A stretch of DNA of 32,000 nucleotides from contig NC_014034.1 of NCBI RefSeq assembly GCF_000021865.1, positions 750,001 through 782,000 of the forward strand, in the 5' to 3' direction. Shown here piece by piece: positions 24,666-32,000 of the stretch (position 1 is the stretch's first letter; every line of letters begins with the position of its first letter). The translations under genes were made by a program, and so were the position numbers. Source of the DNA: Rhodobacter capsulatus SB 1003 (GTDB taxonomy: Bacteria; Pseudomonadota; Alphaproteobacteria; Rhodobacterales; Rhodobacteraceae). Below the pieces are notes generated by a model that was given only the letters and a program-made list of their open reading frames with translations, had not been told where the DNA came from and searched no databases.

Positions 24666-26369
24666 TCACTTCGCCCGCGACCAGTCGGCCACGTTCCAGT
24701 ATTCGCTGTCCCAGGCGTTCATCTCGACGCCGAGAAGCGTGTTCGACACCGCCGAGAAGCGGGCGCGGTTCGCCAGCGGCACCGTCACCATCGCATCTTT
24801 CGTCACCATGTCGTTCAACTTCTTGATCTGCTCGGCGCGGGCGCCGGCATCGGCCGTCGTCAGCATTTCCTTGATCAGCGCGTCGTAATCCGGGTTGCAG
24901 AAGCGCGGGATGTTTTCCCCCTGCCACTGATCCTCGGGCTTGGGTGCCTTTTCGCAGGTCAGCTGCGCCAGATAGGCTTGCGGGTCGGTGCCGTCCCATT
25001 CGTTGGCGAACATCTGCACATCGGCGTAGAACTTCTGGAACGTGTCGGGCGAGCCCGCATCGCCGCCGAAGAACACCGACGGGTCGATCTGTTTCAGCTC
25101 GACCTCGATGCCGACATCGTTCCACCATTGCTTGATCATCGCCTGGAAGTTCTGCCGGATCGGGTTGACCGAGGTCTGGAACACCAGGCTCAGTTTCTTG
25201 CCGTCCTTGTCGCGGATGCCGTCGCCGTCGGTATCGGTCCAGCCCGCCTCATCGAGCAGCTTCTTCGCGCCTTCCACGTCCTGGGTCAGGCAGCCGGTGT
25301 TGTCCGAGGCGAACATCTCGGGCGCGGGCACCAGGTTGCAGGTCGGCCGGGCCGCCTCGCCATAGCCGATTTCGACCAGCAGCGAGCGGTCGATCGCCAT
25401 CGACAGCGCCTGACGCACGCGGATGTCGGAGAAGATCGGATGCGGATGCTTGACGGTCGAGCGCTCGCCCTCGGGCAGGGCCGAGGAGGGGTCGGTCATG
25501 TTCAGTTCCAGCCGTTCGACCAGCCCGCCGTAAGCGGTCACGAACTTGCCCTTGCCCGCGGCGATCATCTGCGCCTGCACTTCGGGCTCGATCTGGGTGT
25601 TCCAGCCGTAATCGTATTCGGCCGTTTCCATCACGGCGCGCGCCGTCGACATCGCATCGTTGCCGCCCTTGAGCGTGGCACGGGCGAAGGCGGGCTTGGC
25701 CGGATCGCGGTAATGGGGGTTCGCCTCGAACACCGCCACGTCATTGGTCTTGAAGTCGGTGACCATGAACGGGCCGGTGCCGATCGGCTTGAAGTTCGCC
25801 TCGGTGCAGCTCGAGGCATTGGCGCCCAGGCATTTCTCGAATTGCGCCTTTTGCAGGATCGGCGCCAGCGCGCCGACGAAGGCGGAATAGGGATTCGTCT
25901 TCGGCTTCAGGAAGGTGATCTTCACGGTCAGCGGATCGACGGCTTCGATCTTCTCGATGCCTTCGAATTTCGACAGCTGCGCGCAGCCGCCGGCCGGATC
26001 CATGCAATATTGCCCGGTGAAGACCACGTCATCGGCGGTGAAATCGGTGCCGTCCGACCATTTCACGCCCGGCAGCAGCTTCCAGGTGATGGTCTTGCCG
26101 TCAGCCGAAACGCCGCCGTTTTCCAGCGTCGGGATTTCCGCCGCAAGGCGGGCCATCAGCGTGCCATCGGGCTTGTAGGAGGCCAGCGGCTCCGAGACCA
26201 TCGAGGAGGCGTTGATGTCCTTGGTGCCCGAGGACAGGTACTGGTTCATCGTCGAGGCGGCCTGCGACTGGATGATCTTCAGCTCACCGTCCGCACCGCG
26301 TTCGGCGAACGCGGCGGGCGCAAAGGCCAGCACGGCGGCGGCCCCCATCAAAGCGGTCTTGAGTTTCAT
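24666..26369 (-). CDS. ABC transporter periplasmic substrate-binding protein, family 5 (peptide/nickel/opine type, 567 aa)
   Basis: Signal peptide MKLKTALMGAAAVLAFAPAAFA. The family-5 SBP architecture is visible (WSDGTDFTADDVVFT; NPHYRDPAKPAF). GGAGAG RBS. Confidence 0.9.
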   Translation of the reverse strand: MKLKTALMGAAAVLAFAPAAFAERGADGELKIIQSQAASTMNQYLSSGTKDINASSMVSEPLASYKPDGTLMARLAAEIPTLENGGVSADGKTITWKLLPGVKWSDGTDFTADDVVFTGQYCMDPAGGCAQLSKFEGIEKIEAVDPLTVKITFLKPKTNPYSAFVGALAPILQKAQFEKCLGANASSCTEANFKPIGTGPFMVTDFKTNDVAVFEANPHYRDPAKPAFARATLKGGNDAMSTARAVMETAEYDYGWNTQIEPEVQAQMIAAGKGKFVTAYGGLVERLELNMTDPSSALPEGERSTVKHPHPIFSDIRVRQALSMAIDRSLLVEIGYGEAARPTCNLVPAPEMFASDNTGCLTQDVEGAKKLLDEAGWTDTDGDGIRDKDGKKLSLVFQTSVNPIRQNFQAMIKQWWNDVGIEVELKQIDPSVFFGGDAGSPDTFQKFYADVQMFANEWDGTDPQAYLAQLTCEKAPKPEDQWQGENIPRFCNPDYDALIKEMLTTADAGARAEQIKKLNDMVTKDAMVTVPLANRARFSAVSNTLLGVEMNAWDSEYWNVADWSRAK

Positions 26370-26425
26370 GCGTCCTCTCCTTCATGGATGCAGGGATCAC
26401 GTTTGCTCGGGCTCTTGCCCGCGTG

Positions 26426-27428
<1,003 letters not shown>

Positions 27429-27436
<8 letters not shown>

Positions 27437-28454
27437 CGGCTGTCTCCGTCACTTCCCGGCGCGGGGCGTCGGTGTCGAAATCCCAAAAACAGGCCGCATC
27501 ATGGCCAGGGCCCACCGCGTATCGCGCCGGATTGGCGGCGTCGCAGGCGGCAAAGCGCAGGGTGCAGCGGTCGCGGAACGGGCAGGCCGTGGGGGCGGCG
27601 CGCAGGATCGGCGGCTGGCCCTCGATCACGTTCAGTTTCTCGGCCCGCTCGCCGCGCACGCTGGGAACGGTCTGCAACAGCGCCCGCGTATAGGGGTGGC
27701 GGGGCTTGGCAAAGACCTCTTTCACCGTGCCATGTTCGACGATCTGGCCGCCATACATGACCATGATCCGGTCGGCGATGCCCGCGATCACGCCCAGATC
27801 ATGGGTGATCCAGACAATCGCCATGCCCAGTTTCTGCCGAAGATCCTTCACCAGTTCCAGGATTTGCGCCTGAATCGTCACGTCCAGCGCGGTCGTGGGC
27901 TCATCCGCGATCAGGACTTTCGGATCGCAGGCCAGCGCAATCGCGATCATCACCCGCTGCCGCATCCCGCCCGAGAACTGATGCGGGAAATCCTTCAGCC
28001 GCCGCCCGGCATCGGGGATGCCGACCAGTTCAAGCAGCTCCTGCGCCCGCACCTGCGCCTGCGCCTTCGTCATCCCCATGTGCTTCATCAGCGGCTCGCG
28101 CAGCTGATAGCCCACGGTGAACACCGGGTTGAGCGAGGTCATCGGATCCTGAAAGATGAAACCGACGCCGGGGCCGCGCACCGCGCGCAGCTGCGCGGGG
28201 GTGCATTTGAGCAGGTCAAGCCCGTCAAACATCACCCGGCCGTCCCGCACCTCGGCGGGGGGGCTGGGCAAAAGCCCGATCAGCGACATCATGGTGACGG
28301 ATTTGCCGGACCCGGATTCGCCGACCACCCCCAGCAATTCGCCGGGTTTCAGGTCGAAGGAAACAGAGTTGACCGCATGCACCTCGCCGCCACGGGTGCG
28401 AAAGATCGTCTTGAGGTTCGTCACCTCGAGCACGGGCTGCGCGCCGTTGCGCAT
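27429..28454 (-). CDS. ABC transporter ATP-binding protein, OppD/DppD-like (about 341 aa)
   Basis: Walker [10 protein letters not shown], signature FSGGMRQR and Walker B LIADEPTT. The ATG at 28454 is preceded by GGGGGA. The GTG at 28511 in the track is probably an over-extension. Confidence 0.9.
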
Positions 28455-28619
28455 TGCGTCCCCCAGTCTTTGACTTGCGCCGTTTGCCGGCGTTGTTCTG
28501 CGTTTCTTCACGGATAGGTGAAGATATTTGACCGATTGTTAGAGATTTTCGCGCCCAGTGCAAGCGCTAACGCGGCGGCAGCCCTGCGCGGGCCGCAGGG
28601 CGGCTGCGCGCGCGCCGGG

Positions 28620-28646
28620 CTTGACCTTGCGGCCGCGCCGGTCAAG
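28620..28646. promoter_or_regulatory. Inverted repeat CTTGACC-N13-GGTCAAG in the divergent ABC/oxidoreductase promoter region; candidate operator
   Basis: Read directly from the sequence. The spacer holds the palindrome gcggccgc. A further 8-bp-stem hairpin (gccctgcg/cgcagggc) lies at 28581-28601. Confidence 0.25.
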
Positions 28647-28677
28647 CCTGCACCGTCCCGACCCGAAGGAGCTGCCG

Positions 28678-30018
28678 ATGCCGTTTGTGATTTCGCTCAA
28701 CGATCCCGTGCGTTTTTCCGCGGCCCTGCCCGAGGCTGCCGATGTGGTGGTGGTGGGCGCGGGCATCGCCGGGGTAATGGCGGCTCATTTTCTTGCGCTG
28801 GCCGGGCGCCGGGTCGTGGTTTTGGAAAAGGGCCGGGTCGCGGGCGAGCAATCTTCGCGAAACTGGGGCTGGATCCGGCAACAGGGCCGCGATCCCGCCG
28901 AATTGCCGATCATGCAGGAGGCGATGCGGCTGTGGGAGGGGCTTGCCGCCGAGCTGGGGCCGGAGCTTGGCTTTCGCCGCTGCGGCGTCGCCTATCTGTC
29001 GGACAAGCCCGCCACGGCCGAGGCTTTTGCCGCCTGGGTCGATTTGGCGCGGGCGCATGGGCTCGAAAGTCACCATCTGGGCCGGGCGCAGCTGGCGGCA
29101 GCGATTCCCCATGCCACGAATTGGGTGACCGGCCTCATCACCCCCTCCGATGCCCGGGCCGAGCCCTTCGTGGCGGTGCCGATGCTGGCCGAGCGCGCGC
29201 GGCGGGCGGGGGTGACGGTGATCGAGCATTGCGCGGTGCGCGCGCTTGACATTGCCGCGGGGCAGGTGGCGGGCGTCGTCACCGAAAACGGCCGCATCCG
29301 CTGCGCGCAGGTGCTGGTGGCGGCGGGGGCCTGGTCGTCGCTGTTCCTGCGCCGCCACGGGCTGAGCCTGCCGCAGCTGCTGGTGCGCTCGACCGTGGCG
29401 CAGACCGTGCCCCTGCCCGAGATCACGCAAGTTTCGGGCGTCGATGACGTCTTTGCCTGGCGGCGGCGGCTTGATGGCAGCTATACGGTGGCGCCCGGGA
29501 CCTCGCATGATTTCTACCTGGGGCCCGATGCGCTGCGGCATTTCGGGAAATACATGCCGCAGATGCGCCGCGACCTGTCGAAGACCGCGATCCATCCGCG
29601 CGCGCCCGAACCGGGCTGGCCCGATGGCTGGACGACGGCGCGGATGTGGTCCGAGGATCGCGAAAGCCCGTTCGAGCGCTGCCGGATTCTGGACCCCGCG
29701 CCGAACCGGGTCTTCCTGCACAATGTCCAGCGCGCCTTCGGGCGGGCCTTCCCGTCCCTGGGCGAACCGAAGCTGGTGCGCGACTGGGCCGGGATGATCG
29801 ACGTGATGCCCGATACCGTGCCGGTGCTCGATGCCGCGCCGCTGCCGGGCCTTTACGTCGCCACCGGGCTTTCCGGCCATGGCTTCGGGATCGGGCCGGG
29901 CGTCGGCCGGGTGATGGCGAGCCTGATGACCGGGGAAGCCCCCGGCCATGACCTGAGCCGCTTCCGTTGGGGCCGTTTTACCGACGGATCAAAAATCGAC
30001 CTCGGCCCCACCTTCTGA
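28678..30018 (+). CDS. FAD-dependent oxidoreductase, DAO family (about 446 aa)
   Basis: AAGGAG at 28666-28671 precedes the ATG. Rossmann motif DVVVVGAGIAGVMAAHFLALAGRRVVVLEKG followed by SSRNWGWIR. The C-terminal part (TGLSGHGFGIGPG) is typical of DAO-type amine oxidoreductases. Confidence 0.85.
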   Translation: MPFVISLNDPVRFSAALPEAADVVVVGAGIAGVMAAHFLALAGRRVVVLEKGRVAGEQSSRNWGWIRQQGRDPAELPIMQEAMRLWEGLAAELGPELGFRRCGVAYLSDKPATAEAFAAWVDLARAHGLESHHLGRAQLAAAIPHATNWVTGLITPSDARAEPFVAVPMLAERARRAGVTVIEHCAVRALDIAAGQVAGVVTENGRIRCAQVLVAAGAWSSLFLRRHGLSLPQLLVRSTVAQTVPLPEITQVSGVDDVFAWRRRLDGSYTVAPGTSHDFYLGPDALRHFGKYMPQMRRDLSKTAIHPRAPEPGWPDGWTTARMWSEDRESPFERCRILDPAPNRVFLHNVQRAFGRAFPSLGEPKLVRDWAGMIDVMPDTVPVLDAAPLPGLYVATGLSGHGFGIGPGVGRVMASLMTGEAPGHDLSRFRWGRFTDGSKIDLGPTF

Positions 30019-30079
30019 CCTTGTCGCCGCGGCCAAAGCCTGCGACGCTTCCACGAGTTTTCCAAGCAAAGGCAAGACC

Positions 30080-31246
30080 ATGCCCGTCAAGAACCGCTTC
30101 GCCGAACTGCTGCCCGAGATCACCGCCTGGCGGCGCGACTTCCACGAAAACCCGGAACTGCTTTACGAGGTCCACCGCACCGCCGCCAAGGTGGCGGGGC
30201 TTCTGCGCGACTTCGGCTGCGACGAGGTGGTCGAGGGCATCGGCCAGACCGGCGTCGTGGGCGTGATCCGCGGCCGAAGCGATACTTCGGGCCGGGTGGT
30301 GGGGCTGCGCGCCGACATGGATGCGCTGCCGATCGTGGAACAGACCGGGGCGGCGCATGCCTCGAAAGTGCCGGGCAAGATGCATGCCTGCGGCCATGAC
30401 GGCCATACGGCGATGCTGCTGGGCGCGGCCAAATATCTGGCCGAGACGCGGAATTTCGACGGCACCGCGGTTGTCATCTTCCAGCCGGCCGAAGAGGGCG
30501 GCGGCGGCGGCAAGGCGATGGTCGATGATGGCATGATGGAGCGCTGGGGCATTCAGGAAGTCTACGGCATGCACAACATGCCGGGCATCCCGGTCGGCCG
30601 TTTCGCCATCCGCCCCGGCCCGATGATGGCCGCGACGGATCAGTTCGACATCGTGGTGACCGGCAAGGGCGGCCATGCGGCGAAACCGCATGACTGTATC
30701 GACACGACCTTGGTGGCCTCGCATATCGTTGTCGCGATGCAGCAGATCGCTTCGCGCAATGTCGATCCGCTGAAACAGGTCGTGGTCTCGATCTGCACCT
30801 TCCGCACGGAAAGCGAGGCTTACAACGTCATCCCGCAGACGGTGGTGCTGCGGGGCACGGTGCGCTCGCTTGACCCGGGCGTGCGCGATCTGGCCGAGGC
30901 GCGGGTGAAGGCGGTGGCCGAGGGGATCGCGGCGGCGCATGGGGCGACGGTCGGGATCAGTTACATCCGCGGCTATCCGGTGACGATGAACACGCCCGAG
31001 AATACCGACTATGCCGTTGCGGTGGCGCAGGCGGTCTCGGGTCAGGTCGATACCGCGGTCGCGCCGATGATGGGGGGCGAGGATTTCTCCTACATGCTGA
31101 ACGCGCGGCCGGGCGCCTATATCTTCCTCGGCAATGGCGACAGCGCGATGGTGCACCACCCGGCCTATGATTTCGACGACAGCGCGATTCCCTTCGGGTC
31201 GAGCTGGTATGCCGGGATGGTCGAAAGCCGGATGCCCGCGGCGTAA
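30080..31246 (+). CDS. M20D-family amidohydrolase (hippurate hydrolase / N-acyl-amino-acid amidohydrolase-like, 388 aa)
   Basis: Motifs LRADMDALPI, HACGHDGHTAMLLGAAKYL and QPAEEGGGG are present. Confidence 0.9.
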   Translation: MPVKNRFAELLPEITAWRRDFHENPELLYEVHRTAAKVAGLLRDFGCDEVVEGIGQTGVVGVIRGRSDTSGRVVGLRADMDALPIVEQTGAAHASKVPGKMHACGHDGHTAMLLGAAKYLAETRNFDGTAVVIFQPAEEGGGGGKAMVDDGMMERWGIQEVYGMHNMPGIPVGRFAIRPGPMMAATDQFDIVVTGKGGHAAKPHDCIDTTLVASHIVVAMQQIASRNVDPLKQVVVSICTFRTESEAYNVIPQTVVLRGTVRSLDPGVRDLAEARVKAVAEGIAAAHGATVGISYIRGYPVTMNTPENTDYAVAVAQAVSGQVDTAVAPMMGGEDFSYMLNARPGAYIFLGNGDSAMVHHPAYDFDDSAIPFGSSWYAGMVESRMPAA

Positions 31247-31281
31247 GGCGGGCGGGACAGGGGGACAGAGCCCCCCTTGCC

Positions 31282-31689
31282 TTAGCGCAGCACCATCACC
31301 GAACAGGGCGCATGGCGCACCACCCGGGCCGCGGTCGAGCCGATCAGGTAATCGCCCAGACCCGGCCGGTGCCCGGCGATCACGATGCAATCGGCGCCGA
31401 TCTCGTCCACCAGATCAAGGATTTCATTCGCGGCATGGCCCTGGCGCAGCACGCCCGCGCCATTCTCGAACTCGGCTGCCAGCGCATCGAGCTGATTTTG
31501 CAGCGTCTGGCGCAATTCGGCATCATAGCCCTCGGGCATGTAGGAAATCGCATAGCCGGGCACATCGGCCATCACATGGACGATGGTCACCCGCGCCTGA
31601 GGAGCGGCCAGCGTCCGCGCCACGTTCAGCGCGGTGTCGGGGTTGTGCTCCTCGTCGAAGGCAACGGGCACGATGATATTGGCATACAT
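31282..31689 (-). CDS. Universal stress protein UspA family (135 aa)
   Basis: Starts MYANIIVPVAFDE and ends GSTAARVVRHAPCSVMVLR. AAGGAG lies 6 nt before the ATG at 31689. The track start at 31728 is probably an over-extension. Confidence 0.85.
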   Translation of the reverse strand: MYANIIVPVAFDEEHNPDTALNVARTLAAPQARVTIVHVMADVPGYAISYMPEGYDAELRQTLQNQLDALAAEFENGAGVLRQGHAANEILDLVDEIGADCIVIAGHRPGLGDYLIGSTAARVVRHAPCSVMVLR

Positions 31690-31753
31690 GGCGGACTCCT
31701 TTGAAGGCGTCGTTTCGGATGGTTTCATTCTGCCCGCAAAACAGGCGGGCGCC

Positions 31754-31767
31754 TTGATTCAGGTCAC
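31754..31767. promoter_or_regulatory. FNR/CRP-family-like box TTGAT-TCAG-GTCAC upstream of the usp gene
   Basis: Read directly from the sequence. It matches TTGAT-N4-(A/G)TCAA at 9 of 10 positions and is centred about 71 nt upstream of the usp ATG. Confidence 0.3.
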
Positions 31768-31784
31768 GCTTTCTGCCGTTCGGC

Positions 31785-32000
31785 CTATCCCCCGGTCCGG
31801 TTCATGCCGCGCCCGACCTGCCCGGTGGCGCCGCCCGCGCCATAGCCGAAATCATGGCCGCGCGGTTTGCGCCCGATTGCGGCGCGGATGGCGCGGGTCA
31901 GGGCCGCGTCCCCCTCCGAGCCGCGCAGGGGCGCGCGCAGATCGGTGCCCCCCTCTTGCCCCAGACAGGGGAAAAGCGTCCCCGTGGCGCTGATCCGGAC
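31785..32000 (-). CDS. moaA: GTP 3',8-cyclase MoaA, C-terminal 71 aa; the gene continues beyond the window and is absent from the ORF track
   Basis: Hand translation of the minus strand gives [51 protein letters not shown]...NRTGG*. This matches the MoaA C-terminal block ([24 protein letters not shown]...) and the terminal Gly-Gly. Confidence 0.85.
   Translation of the reverse strand, partial: VRISATGTLFPCLGQEGGTDLRAPLRGSEGDAALTRAIRAAIGRKPRGHDFGYGAGGATGQVGRGMNRTGG

Noticed and set aside
31247-31281. A short stem (aggggg/ccccct, 31259-31277) between the convergent M20D and usp genes, considered as a bidirectional terminator.
   Set aside because: The stem has only 6 bp and there are no flanking T/A tracts. 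It is plausible but too weak to list as a feature.

Overview
High-GC alphaproteobacterial window with two parts. Bases 1-17364 are the carotenoid, bacteriochlorophyll and puf arm of a Rhodobacter capsulatus-type photosynthesis gene cluster. The genes are crtI' (3' part), crtB, tspO(crtK), crtC and crtD (minus strand), crtE, crtF, bchC, bchX, bchY, bchZ, pufQ, pufB, pufA, pufL, pufM, pufX and dxs. The expected TGT-N12-ACA (CrtJ/PpsR-type) palindromes are present in the crtD/crtE and bchC promoter regions. The pufA-pufL stem-loop and the hairpins after pufX are also visible. Several ORF-track entries are over-extended at the 5' end, and I re-set those starts using RBS position, stop/start coupling and the known protein N-termini. 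pufA (58 aa), a 43-aa DUF2256-type ORF and a 3' fragment of moaA are real genes the track does not list.

Bases 17365-32000 are flanking chromosome. They hold an orphan PAS-like/zinc-ribbon ORF and an ECF sigma/RskA-type anti-sigma pair. Divergent from that pair is a tightly coupled four-gene operon: a TspO-related membrane protein, a secreted GPx-like peroxidase, DUF2256, and an FeS-BCP (CryB/PhrB-type) cryptochrome/photolyase. Further on are a five-gene family-5 peptide-type ABC importer, a divergent FAD oxidoreductase plus M20D amidohydrolase, a Usp gene and the moaA 3' end.

The best novelty candidates are (1) the ECF-linked TspO2-GPx-DUF2256-CryB module beside the photosynthesis cluster, proposed as a photo-oxidative stress or tetrapyrrole-sensing unit. 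(2) A roughly 170-bp structured GC-rich element occurs twice, at two convergent gene junctions 20 kb apart, with a compensatory base-pair change. (3) crtC has a start-codon anomaly. I recognised no tRNA, rRNA, CRISPR array, transposase or integrase. All calls come from reading the sequence and from memory of the protein families; no searches were run.
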